The notes below the pieces were generated by a model. The model saw only the letters and a program-made list of their open reading frames with translations, was not told the origin of the DNA and did no database searches. Of a stretch of DNA of 34,436 nucleotides, positions 20,801 through 32,233 are shown one piece after another. The stretch is taken from contig NIVC01000345.1 of assembly GCA_002269645.1 (NCBI GenBank), forward strand, positions 150,001-184,436, read 5' to 3'. Made by a program: the position numbers and the translations under genes. Each line of letters opens with the position of its first letter. Positions within the stretch are counted from its first letter, which is position 1. Origin of the DNA: Macrostomum lignano. Taxonomy: Eukaryota.

Positions 20801-23800
20801 CAGTAATCAGGGCAGTTATTAGAACTGTATTACAGTAATCAGGGCAGTTATTAGAACTGTATTACAGTAATCAGGGCAGTTATTAGAACTGTATTACAGT
20901 AATCGGGGCAGTTATTAGGACTGTATTACAGTAATCAGGGCAGTTATTAGAACTGTATTACAGTAATCAGGGCAGTTATTAGAACTGTATTACAGTAATC
21001 AGGGCAGTTATTAGAACTGTATTACAGTAATCAGGGCAGTTATTAGAACTGTATTACAGTAATCAGGGCAGTTATTAGAACTGTATTACAGTAATCAGGG
21101 CAGTTATTATGACTGTATTACAGTAATCAGGGCAGTTATTAGAACTGTATTACAGTAATCAGGGCAGTTATTAGAACTGTATTACAGTAATCAGGGCAGT
21201 TATTAGAACTGTATTACAGTAATCAGGGCAGTTATTAGAACTGTATTACAGTAATCGGGGCAGTTATTAGGACTGTATTACAGTAATCAGGGCAGTTATT
21301 AGAACTGTATTACAGTAATCAGGGCAGTTATTAGAACTGTATTACAGTAATCAGGGCAGTTATTAGAACTGTATTACAGTAATCGGGGCAGTTATTAGGA
21401 CTGTATTACAGTAATCAGGGCAGTTATTAGAACTGTATTACAGTAATCAGGGCAGTTATTAGAACTGTATTACAGTAATCAGGGCAGTTATTAGAACTGT
21501 ATTACAGTAATCAGGGCAGTTATTAGAACTGTATTACAGTAATCAGGGCAGTTATTAGAACTGTATTACAGTAATCAGGGCAGTTATTAGAACTGTATTA
21601 CAGTAATCAGGGCAGTTATTAGAACTGTATTACAGTAATCAGGGCAGTTATTAGAACTGTATTACAGTAATCAGGGCAGTTATTAGAACTGTATTACAGT
21701 AATCAGGGCAGTTATTAGAACTGTATTACAGTAATCAGGGCAGTTATTAGAACTGTATTACAGTAATCAGGGCAGTTATTAGAACTGTATTACAGTAATC
21801 GGGGCAGTTATTAGGACTGTATTACAGTAATCAGGGCAGTTATTAGAACTGTATTACAGTAATCAGGGCAGTTATTAGAACTGTATTACAGTAATCAGGG
21901 CAGTTATTAGAACTGTATTACAGTAATCAGGGCAGTTATTAGGACTGTATTGCAGCAATCAGGGCAGTTATTAGGATTGTATTACAGCAATCAGGGCAGT
22001 TATTAGAACTGTATTACAGTAATCAGGGCAGTTATTAGGACTGTATTACAGTAATCAGGGCAGTTATTAGGATTGTATTACAGTAATCAGGGCAGTTATT
22101 AGGATTGTATTACAGTAATCAGGGCAGTTATTAGGACTGTATTAGTAATTAGGGCAGTTATTAGGACCATATTACAGTAATCAGGGCAGTTATTAGGACT
22201 GTATTAGTAATTAGGGCAGTTATTAGGACCATATTACAGTAATCAGGGCAGTTATTAGGACTGTATTAGTAATTAGGGCAGTTATTAGGACCATATTACA
22301 GTAATCAGGGCGATTTTTTATTAGGACTGTATTATAGTCAGACTAAGTCTTGGACAAGTACATGTAAAATACATTTTGCAAGGATTTTAGGAATGAACTT
22401 TAAAAAATGCCCTTTAAAAAAGCACATGAATATTATATATAAACTCATAAGCAGTCTCACCCTCCAAAAGTTGATAATGTTGCCAGTTCTCATCGAGTTC
22501 CAAATATCGTTCTTTCTCACACTCGGCTTCAATATCAGCATCCTCAGCTGCTTGTGTTTGGCTAGCATTATTGGTAGATGCGGTAGTTGAATGGCCACCA
22601 GGCAGTTCTGTTAGACAGCCGCGAACATCAAACCTAAGATTAGCAAATTAGTAAGCACTGTAATCTATTTATCATTATGAAATTATTTTATACCAGTGAA
22701 ATTGTTGGCCTCTATGGCTTATAGATTTTTAATGCATGCTTAAAATTCAATGACAAGTTTAATGGTTTTTGGAAAGTGAAAAATCTTATATATAATTTGA
22801 CCATAACCTTTTTTGTAAATAATTTTATGTATGTATAATCATGACATGAAGCTATATAGAGATGAAAGAGTGCAGCTAGGGATCTTATATTAAGTATCAA
22901 TACTTCAAGCATAAACAATTGCCAACATAAAATATTTATTATTAGACAAAAAAACAAAAGCACATATTTTTTTCAGTATATTTAAGATTGCCAATACTAT
23001 ATCTTTATTATACTTAACCTTAGCAATAATTATGAAATAGTGCACCTTTTTCTATAATACTATATATCCTTCTAGTATATTTTTGCTACAATTACAACCT
23101 AATACTTCTTAGAAAATACTGTATTCAAATGTCCACTAAAATATTTTGTTTTAATTTTTGTGATACAAATTAATATTTTGCAAATAAGGTCTCTTTAGGG
23201 GGTTTTGATAGTGTTGATTTCAAATTTGAGCTTCATTTTTGGTAGCTTAAACCCAACCACAGGGCATGGGGAATGGGGGGTTTTAGGATGGGAGATTCTT
23301 TATGGAGGTTGAAAGGAACTAACAACCTTTAGTGGCAGCAATTGAGATTTAAAGATAGAAGTTTGGTCCTTTGTCAACTTGGTGATAGCCATAGAATTAT
23401 TTTGATAAAACAGAAGCTTATACCTTTTGTGATAGGGATGAGCTTCCTTCTATTAATATCTTACTAATTAGCCACCAAAGTTGTAATAGGCATGATTGCT
23501 TTCACTGAAATTATCCCACCGCTGACACCAAAGTTGTCAAAGGGGCTGACCTTCTGTCTTTATAAATAATCTCACAATGCCACTAGCTGTTACAGGGCTA
23601 ATTTTTATACTTAATTTAATTAATGTATTTTTGCACAAATGTACTTACACTTTTTGGTAGCGTGACTCCTCTATCTAATTCTATATTGGTAGCATTTACT
23701 TATCTTATTGTAGCATCTGAAAAATGTACTGTACTCTTTGGCCTGAGAAGTCTAATAGCACTGTCTACTCTATTTACTCATATAAGTTTTCTCTCAGTCC

Positions 23801-26532
23801 TAGGCCTTCCCTGAATCAGAGGGTCACAGCCTTATGCATTTTCCCTGCCCTGAGGCGATTCTCGCTTTTAGCGGTTTCTGATACTTCCAATGTTTGGAGT
23901 TTTACTATAGAAATGAATAAGCCTTTCTGAACACAAGCAAATTTAATGAGAATGATTATAATAACTTTGGAATATTTTCAAAAATAACAACAGTTAAACA
24001 AAATTTGCATTAATTTGAATATGCAAGTTTCTAAGAAAGTATAACAAAATATAAAGTATTAATTGTGCATAAAAAGAGACTATCATTTTTTACTTAACAC
24101 AGGCACTACCTCACTTTGATAATTAGTTAAATATTCAACATCTTAAATATTTATTGTCATATAAGGTTTAATTTTCTAGTTTAAGCATATTATACTTGGT
24201 TTAAACTTGCATGTTAACTTTGTGAAAATTTGAAGGCAAAGAAAATTAAGCAAAAATCAAAATGCATTCTATTTTTTAAAATTTTTAGAAATTTTAAATT
24301 ACTAACTCATAACTTCTAATGTATACAATATTTGGTCAATTATAGGATGTCTTTGGTGCATGCATTTGGTACAACTAGAAAATAAAAAATATAGGTTAAA
24401 AACACTTTTAAACAAATTAAACAAATAGTTTTTTGCATCAATTAAAATCTCTTGAAGTATGCAAGAATGTATCTTAATTATTTTTTGTCTTTTTTGTTCA
24501 AATTCATTTGCATTCTATTGAAATATTTCAATCAATATATGTTGTCATTCTCACTTGTTGTTTTTTTATTAGAGGCAGGGAGGTTGTCTGCACCCTGGGG
24601 CACTTTGAGCGGCATTGTCACACAACTGGCGAGATGCATTACTGCCCATTCCGCTGACTCCCCTGAGCAGGCACAGAGGCAAACAAGTGCGCAGATACGT
24701 ACGCAGGCACACACTCACACAAGAGTGTACAGCGGCCCTAACTTTATTTTATTATTAGGCATGTACACTTCACTGCACCTTGGAAGTTGGCTTTCAAGGC
24801 CATTAATTGCATGAGCAGAGCCAAGCCAAGATTCCAATTCAGCCCCAAATTAATGTGACTGCACTTGGAATCGAGCCTAGGTCGCTGGCACACCAGAGCC
24901 TGCGCTAAACCACTCGGCTACGACCCCTTTCACTTGTTACTGAATTGGCTATTATCAAAATGACTGTTACTGAATTGGTTATGCTTTGTTACCAAAGTAG
25001 ACTAACTATAATTTAGATGGTAAATAGTCTAGAATCCTAAACCTAAAAAAGGCCAAAATTAAAAAAATGCCTAATACTAATAATAGGCTTTTGACTTAGT
25101 TTCATTATTAATAATAGATATTTTAATGATAGGCTCTTGGTTTTTTGGGAAGATTAAGTTAAAAGATTTTATTGTTAGTTAGAGTCAAATGATATAATAA
25201 TTAATAATGGAAACCCTTATTTAGCCAGCACTGGCCGAATAAGTTTGCTACTATTTAGCCAGCAGTCCTGTCCCACTGCCAGTCAAAAAGGCTTGTTACT
25301 ATTTAGCCGGCAGTCCTGCTCCACTGCCGGTCAAATAAGCTTGTCACTATTAAGCCGGCAATCCTGGCCCCCAATGGCCATGCCATTATATATATTTATT
25401 CGAGATATTCAAACTTTGGGTAATACAAAGTAGGTACAACGAATATAAATCAATGCAGATTCAGTACAATTTATTACTTGCCTTCAAGTTTGTTTAACTG
25501 TTTTTGGAAGTCTTGCATATTCCGGAAATTATTTGAAGCATTAGAAGACACATAAACGAAAAAAAGTTAATTATGCATGTTTTACTTTCACTTTAATCTC
25601 TGAATCAAAACCACTCATTAAAGCCAAAAACCACTGCAAACACCTTTAACTAAGAACTCTAAAATTGTAGTATAAATAATTAGCTTGTAGTATGTTAAAT
25701 TATTAACTTAAGGTCATGACGAGCAGTGCGCAGTTATAAAATGTATAAATGTATTTTGACCAGCATGTCCATTGGGGGCCAGGATTGCCGGCTAAATAGT
25801 GACAAGCTTATTTGACCAGCAGTAGTGGGGCAAGACTGGCGGCTAAATAGTGACGCGATTATTTGACTGGTGCTGGCTAAATAGTAGCGAACTTATTCGA
25901 CCGGTGTCGGCTAAATAGGCACTGCCATTATGCATTAATAATATTTAAAAAACTTTTTATAAAAATACATACACTAAGTATATTTTTATAAAACTATAAG
26001 TTTAAAATATTAGAATATTTCAAATTTGAAAACTATTATTTATAATTAATTATAATTCTTATTTAAAGTAGATAAGATACTTATCATTTTCAAATAATCT
26101 AGGTTGTATATTGTACTTAGTGATATCAAGCCTATCTATATCTATATACTTAGAATTTACAGGATTTAGCTTTTGCAATGGTCGGCTTATATGGCAAATT
26201 GGTTAATTTAGATAGACCAATGCTATAATAATATAATATAGGTTTAGCTAGATAAAAGGGTTCTTAAGTTAAGAAATAAATCAATTTAATATGAATGCTA
26301 CAATTGATAGGGTAATATTTTAAAATAATACTTACCTATCAATTAAAATTTCTTGATCAGCAGTCCAAGGAATTAAATATTTTCCAGAGTTAATTTCAAT
26401 GTACTTTTGACTATCATGATAAATGTTGCAGGAATAGCCTTGTAGAAACAACTTTGAAAACTCATCTTCGTCCTCATCGTCATCATCATATTCTGAGAAG
26501 AATCGAAATGCCCCATTCGATCCTCCAGCCAT
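17891..26532 (-). CDS. SFSWAP: Splicing factor SWAP (suppressor of white-apricot) homolog; 4 coding exons 26532-26336, 22633-22461, 20474-20000, 18707-17891 (1662 nt, 553 aa)
   Basis: GT..AG introns with matching phases (2,1,2). The N-terminal DRY_EERY domain is split over exons 1-2 (GYSCNIYHD..YLIPWTADQEILIDR|FDVRGCL..EAECEKERYLEL). There are two SURP/SWAP domains (IIDKTAQFLARHGPQMEIVLK..FRFLSYGDELYPYY; IIDKLAAYVQRNGTDFEAVVK..FDFLQSSHRYHPYY). KQLERKRKAMAFL matches the SFSWAP C-terminal ERKRKA motif. An in-frame TGA lies upstream of ATG 26532. Confidence 0.9.
18753..19975. repeat. Irregular minisatellite built from GAGACTAATAT / GAGACTAT / GAGACT modules, filling SFSWAP intron 3
   Basis: Direct reading. 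Recurrent higher-order blocks (GAGAATTATATGAGACTATAAGACT at ~18957, ~19376 and ~19574). Confidence 0.95.
20490..22335. repeat. 32-bp minisatellite (AGAACTGTATTACAGTAATCAGGGCAGTTATT) filling SFSWAP intron 2
   Basis: 32-bp period (CTGTATTA at 20761 and 20793); very homogeneous core and diverged edges. Confidence 0.97.
24560..24929 (-). mobile_element. tRNA-derived SINE, copy 1 (in SFSWAP intron 1)
   Basis: The minus strand starts GGGGTCGTAGCCGAGTGGTTTAGCGC.. with Pol III box A TAGCCGAGTGG and box B GGCTCGATTCC, and ends in an A-rich tail. A 9-bp TSD TCACTTGTT sits at 24551-24559 and 24930-24938. The copy aligns along its length with 29749-30112. Confidence 0.88.
25207..25928. mobile_element. 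MITE/foldback non-autonomous DNA transposon, 722 bp, ~170-bp imperfect TIRs
   Basis: 25207-25383 is the reverse complement of 25764-25928. The arms contain internal subrepeats (CTATTTAGCCGGCAG..). TA flanks both ends (25205-25206, 25929-25930). The core is AT-rich and non-coding. Confidence 0.8.
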
Positions 26533-27085
26533 CCTTATTCCTCACGCTTAGGCCTAGTCTAAAGCAATCGAAAATTCGCAATCGACACGACAGTTGGTTA
26601 GCAAAAACAGTGGTAAGGTTGAATTATGGATTAACAATAACAAGTCGTGTCTGTGGTATCGAACGCTTGAAAACTCAGATTTCTATGTCTAAAAAGACAA
26701 AAAAATTGAAAAAAATTTCACACTCTTTACACAATAAGACAATGTAATTTTAAGTTTAAAGATAACTTCTTAATCACACACGGAAAGATCCAGCGACAGC
26801 GTGTGTAACTGGTCCGGCAAATGTTTTCTGAGAAACGTGAGACCACTTAAATTTGTGCGAAAATGCTTCGTAGTAATAACTTTACTAGTTTCGAACCACT
26901 CCTAAAAACAATCAAACAGAACATTCTCTGCTTTTGTCAGTCAGTTTTTACCCAGATCCAAGGCTCCAAGACATATAGGTGTTGAAATGTTGATTTTTTA
27001 ATTAAGTTGCAAAGATTCATCTTTTGATCGTTTGCAGATACTGACAACAATAACAACATGCAGCAACAACAACAAAAATTAACAG

Positions 27086-29440
27086 TCAGAGTCAGGACTC
27101 CGAGGTGTGCCTAATGGACGCACTGGAGCGACCCGGCGGGGCGTCACCACGGGGGCGTTGCGCGCTAGGCGGAAGAGGTCGGAGTTGACGTCAAGATTGA
27201 AGCAGGTGTCCTCCCAGTGCAGCCGCTTCGCCCAGGGCGATGGTGCTGCGGAGGTGGGTGCGCGTCTGTTGAAGAGCGGCAACGTTCTGCTCCGTGGCGT
27301 CGAGTTCGGCACAGCTGCGAGCAGATTGACAAGCCCTCTGGGCGGCGTCGCAGTCGCTGTTCCAGAAGGACTTGAAGGCGCCGCGGCGACAGCCCCGCGA
27401 GATAGCGTGGGACGCGGGCGCGCAGGATGTCTGCCACAGTAGTCTGGCCCACACACGCATCGCCTCCACTAATCAGGAAAAGGCCGAGCTTTGCGCCACC
27501 ATCTGCGCCTCCGAGTCCAAACTCGAGCCCGGCCCAACGACCGTATAAACACGCGCAGCGAAGCCTGCAACGCTTTCCTAGAGCTTGCCGCGCCACTGAA
27601 AGCCGCCTCGACATCGAAAAGGACTTCTCACAGGCCGAACTCAAAAACGCTATGAAACGTCTCAATTCAGGCAAGTGCGCGAGCCCCGACGGGATCTGTA
27701 TAAACGAGATGCTAAAACAGCTCCATGCTACCGCCGAGGGTCGCCTTCTGGACCTGATTAAGAAGTCTGCAAAGGCCAGCCAGTGCCTTCCGGATGGACA
27801 ACCATCGTCCCGATCCCAAAGAAAGGAAATGAACCCGGCAAGCCGACGTCCTACAGGCCAATCGCGCTCACCAGCTGCAATTGCCAAGCTCACCGAGTGC
27901 CTCGTCCAACAACGCCTGTCCTACTGGCTGGAATCCAACGGCGTCCTTACGCCCAACCAGGCTCGACCAGGACCTCGGTATTCCCGCACGCTTTGTGTTC
28001 TGGATCCATCGCTTCTTGAGCCACCGCCGCACGAGGGTCAAATGGGTCAACGGGCCAGTCGCGAGCGGGTCTTTGAGGACGGCCTCCCCCAGGGTAGCGT
28101 CCTAGACCCCTTCTCTGGCTCATTTTCGCGAACGACCTCCCGGCCGCCATCAGGACCGCTATCCCGGACTGCGGCATCAACTTGTTCGCCGATGACAGTA
28201 GCTTCCTCGCCACCCACCGCTGCCTCACCGACTGCACCGGCATCATCCAACCAGCCCTCGATGCCACGGCGGCTTGGTGCGCCCGATGGAAGGTTCGAAT
28301 TCTTCTTAGTTACGACAAATATGAGTACTCGACCTTCACCCTCTGTCCGTCTGAAACAAACGACTCAAGATTAGCGGCCATGACATCGCCTTCAACCAGA
28401 ACCCCCGCCTGCTTGGCGTCACCCTTGATGGCCAACTCAACTTCCCAAGCACGGCTAGGAAGTTCGCCGGCGGATGACCCAGCGCCGCAGCGCCCTCAAC
28501 GCCTTAGCTCACCGCAGTACCGGCGAGGACACGTACCAGAGTCCTGCACACAGCCTACATTGCTACCATCCGGGTCTGTGCCGACATGGCAGTGCGGTCT
28601 GGGCTAACGGGGCCGCCCCAGGACTCGACACGGCATCGAAAGCCAGCAAGCGATCTGTGCGCGGCTGATCGCATCTTTAGTCATCTTTGGCTCTACTCCG
28701 TGGAAGCTATCTACCTGGAGGCGAATTTCCACCCAATCAGTCTCGAAGCCCGAAGATGGGCCCTGATGGCCTAAGAGAAAGCGTCCTGCCGCCTCATCGA
28801 CCCGTTTCGGCAAATCTGCGACAGGCACCTGAACATCCGTCTGGCGGCTAACAAAGGCCTTCTTCGCGAACAAGCCAGAGCCTGCTGCGATGCCATGATC
28901 GCTCCGCCTCGTCTGTTTTTCCTCTCATCCACCATCCTCCTTCGGATTCTCTTATCGATTGTGGAGTCCATCTGCATGTTTACAAAGCTCCCAGAGTTCG
29001 ATGGCATCCGTGGCAGTGCTCTCCGCCATTGAGCTGCGCTGCCCCGACTCGGCCCTCTACTTCACCGATGGCTCCGTCTCCGGTGGTATCCCTAACGGTG
29101 GGTCGGTTTGGATCCTGCTGCATAAAGAAAACGGCTGGATTAGCTGCTGTGGCCACGCTGCCATCGGCCGATGGTGCAATTCTTTTTCTCCACCGTCTCC
29201 TCCTCCATCAAACAGCGCCTGACCTCGATCGCCATCAGAGTTGTCCTTCCTTTTGTTTGCTTTGCCGTTCCATCTGGAGCCGCAGCCTCCTGGGTTGGCG
29301 CTGTTCTCGCGGGCGTTCGTGTCTTGATAGCCAGCCTATCCGTTGGCTCGATCCTCCGTGATCGCGGAGCTCTGCCGACCAGAGGTCGATTCGGTGGCGT
29401 CGGTCCCGTTCTCTCCGCCCTGTCCGGGGCGTCCTGTTGA
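27086..29440 (+). mobile_element. Decayed, 5'-truncated non-LTR retrotransposon (RT + RNase H, I-group-like) with an inverted 5' segment
   Basis: Frameshifted RT motifs on +: DFSQAELKNAMKRLNSGKCASPDGI; IVPIPKKG..SYRPIALTS (~27852); GLPQGSVLDP (28081-28110); LFADD (28182-28196). RNase H start YFTDGS (~29058-29075). The RT block carrying the first catalytic Asp (F.D..KAFD) is missing between ~27963 and 27977. The EN-RT linker lies on the minus strand at ~27090-27445. The last ~250 bp are unassigned and no TSD was found. Confidence 0.85.
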
Positions 29441-29748
29441 TTAGTTTTTTTTTGGGGGGGGGGAGGGTTGCCACGTAGGAATGAAATAGATAGATAAATG
29501 AAAAAACCTCCATATAAGGGCCTTGTAAAACCGAAAGCGCAAGACACCCCTGCTGACATCATGCAACCTTTCCAGCCTAATTTATATCAGCTTCCCCTCT
29601 TTTGAGTCTTGGCATTTCAGCATTCTAGTACAGGGGGGCATCGGGATCCCAGTAACGATCTTTAATATACAACAATCTGACGTTTCTAAACTCCTCGCGA
29701 TGAAAGTAGGCACTTCTCGAAAAACGGTCTCTGCTTAATTGTTCATGA

Positions 29749-30112
29749 TGATGAGGGGGGCCGTAGCCCAGCAGTAGCGCAGCTGCTCTGGTGTGCCAGC
29801 GACCCAGGCTCGATTCCAAGTGCAGTCACATTAATTTGGGGCTGAATTGGAATCTCGGCTTGGCTCTGCTCGTGCAATTAACGGCCTTGAGAGCCAACCC
29901 CCCAAGGCGCAGTGAAGTGTACATGCCTAACGATAATATAAAGTTAGGGCCGCTGTACACTCCTGTGTGAGTGTGTGCCTGCGTACGTATCCGCTCGCTT
30001 GTATGCCTGCTCAGGGGAGTCGGCGGAATGGGCAGTAATGCCTCTCGCCGGTTGTGTGCCTATGTCGCTTAAAGTGCGCCAGGGTGCACACAACCCCCCT
30101 GCCTCTAAAAAA
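29749..30112 (+). mobile_element. tRNA-derived SINE, copy 2
   Basis: Head GGGCCGTAGCCCAGCAGTAGCGC..GGCTCGATTCC and a poly(A) tail. A 12-bp TSD AATTGTTCATGA sits at 29737-29748 and 30113-30124. It is the reverse complement of copy 1, with scattered substitutions and an indel. Confidence 0.88.
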
Positions 30113-30389
30113 AATTGTTCATGAGCTACGAGGCAATTACTCTCAAGCATGGAAACAATGAATACTCTCTGTCCTGCAATCACATTCGATCGCAAAAAGA
30201 TTTACTTATAAGCTCGTATGTGCTAATAGCGATGATTACATTATTAGCTCGGCACCAACTCTAAAAAACGAGTAAATCTGTCTTGTCTACGAGCGTATTG
30301 TCGTATACTTTCTCTACGGTAGAACCAAATAGACAGCCAAAGAGTTTCAGCATGTTAAAGATTTGCTGTGGCCTACAAAACTTTCTCAC

Positions 30390-30698
30390 CATCAAAGCTT
30401 CTAGAAGCTCCACCACCGACGCCAGCAGCGTTTAACAGTTCTGAGCCAGAGTACACAAAACTGCCGCCGCTTCCGCCGCAGCCTCCATAAGAACGATTGG
30501 TTGTGCCGGCCGCCTGTCCAACACCGATTTTTAGAGTGTCTCCATTTTTCCAAGGCGAAATATATCCAGTAGACAAGGCTCCTCTGCCGCCGAGCTTGCC
30601 AGTATTGAGGTTGCTGCCGCCGCTGACCTCGATACTGTAGCAGCCAGTCATCGTGATGGTCAGCTGCTGCACTGAACCGCGTCTTCCCGTGCTGGCTT
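30390..30698 (-). pseudogene. Isolated exon encoding the N-terminal part of an ALK/LTK-type glycine-rich domain
   Basis: VQQLTITMTGCYSIEVSGG..GGRGA..GDTLKIGVGQ..GGSGGSFVY..LLNAAGVGGG follows the Gly_rich domain pattern. It is bounded by a TTTATTCAG acceptor and a G|GTGAGA donor, 309 nt, phase 1-1. I found no downstream exon completing the domain. Confidence 0.55.
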
Positions 30699-31029
30699 CT
30701 GAATAAAATTAAATCGTGCATAGAAGGCAATTGGGAATCTGCATGTACATGTTATAGTTGGCACTTTGCTGTGTGACGATAGCTATCAACAAGCCAAATA
30801 GGATTAACTATATCCATACTGATACAAGCACACATACACCGGAAAAGTACGCAAACATAAAGTCTCTCAGAGGAGGGAGAAATATGACTTTCTCTGTACC
30901 AGTCTTGTTGGACACCGTGTCTTCGACTCTCTTGGACCCATACGCTATCGCTTCGATCAAAGAGATCTATAGCACTCACTTCGAAATACGGATGGTGGCT
31001 TGAACCGACGCAAAAAGACCTGGATGTGG

Positions 31030-31325
31030 AAGTCCTCTCGCCGCCAGGCGCGCAGGCTGGAGTCGTTCAGATCGCGGCTCCCAGCTGCCTGTCGACGCGA
31101 GTCTCCTGAGGCCGCTGGCACAGCGCATTGTCGTGCACTACCAGCTGCTGGCAGAATCTAGTCGATGGTATGAAGACAGCCACCAGGCAGTCACGTGACC
31201 GGCAGATAGCGAGGCACTCAGAGTCGGAGCACAGGCCGGTGGAGTTGAAAATCTCGCTGCTCGAGGAGGCGTTGAGTTGGACTGGGGCCTCCGTGAGATC
31301 GATGGCGGCGCAGCATGTCTTACGT
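31030..31325 (-). other. Possible disrupted exon, Cys-rich PAN/apple-like segment
   Basis: One frame reads RKTCCAAIDL..GLCSDSECLAICRSRDCLVAVFIPSTRFCQQL and ends in a stop; a frameshift would be needed to continue. The domain identity is a weak visual impression. Confidence 0.3.
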
Positions 31326-32172
31326 CTGAATTTCTGTCTTTAAGGACTTCGCACACTGAGACTAACCTGAGAAATTCGAGATTCGAGGGGTGTCCGGTAA
31401 GTTCTGATACTTAATCCCCGAGCAAAAACAGTAGCAGCTGCAAGCACAACAACTCTTCGTTCCAATGAATTTAGTCGCGTGTATTTTGGTCATTTCACTC
31501 AAAATTTGTGTGACAAACAATCTCAATGCCACTAATACATGTAGTCTTATAGTAAAAGTTAAAAAATTAAAAAGCGATGTTTTGTTCTCAAAGAAGCTCT
31601 CTTTCGATTGCACACTCACGATGGTGTCAATAATTACAAAAATCCAAACACTTCAGTAAGTAAAATTTCGTAAGTGTACTCAGCAACATCGAAAAGTCGC
31701 CATCACTGAAGATTGACCGTCTGTGGTTGCCACTGTTGAGAGTGCAGGTGAAGTCAATCTTTGCGAGTGACGCAACTCAGCTACGCCACGTGGCAGACTT
31801 GAGTTGAGGAATGAAGTGGGGGAGCGGTGTGCGAGGCTTGGATTTAAAGTGCCGGGATTTTCCGGACGTCTAAAATGTTTAGTGTAGATCGTCTAAAATG
31901 TCATTTATCGTTGGTTACAGGATTCACACTTGTCAGAAACTTACTAGTAAGCGAATCTCGTAAACGTATAGATCGAGGAAGGTAGAGTGGCCGCCAACTA
32001 CTCGTACAAATGAAACTCAATAAGCGGGAACTCCAAAAAAGATCTGTGATATAGATTAATAGATCATTGATAGACCATTTTATTACATGAAACAGACAGA
32101 AAGTTTGGCCTAAATTATCACAAAATGTGCAAAAACCATCGCAACAAAAGCAAAAAATTAAGTTATATTCAC

Positions 32173-32233
32173 CCTGAGCCGCAGACGCCATCACGACTAT
32201 CCAAGCTTGAAGCGACAGTAGAGTCAGTCTCAT
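32173..32233 (-). CDS. Possible signal-peptide first exon (MRLTLLSLQAWIVVMASAAQ-G|gt)
   Basis: ATG, a hydrophobic core, a small-residue cleavage region (ASAAQ) and a phase-1 donor G|GTGAAT. I could not join it in frame to the downstream exons. Confidence 0.35.

Noticed and set aside
23200-23960. Stop-riddled coding-like sequence in SFSWAP intron 1
   Set aside because: No recognisable motif; may be an old transposon fragment but is unsupported without a search.
27074-29450. Short inverted similarity at the LINE ends (AATTAACAG vs CTGTTGATT)
   Set aside because: Only 8 of 9 bases match, in low-complexity flanks; not credible as TIRs for an RT-encoding element.
24560-30112. SINE heads as functional tRNA genes; SINE tail as partner of the adjacent LINE
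   Set aside because: The acceptor stems do not pair cleanly and the heads continue into a shared body with TSDs. I saw no similarity between the SINE tail and the LINE 3' end.
30758-31003. 81-aa plus-strand ORF and overlapping minus-strand ORF
   Set aside because: No motif, non-ATG start, and no splice support.
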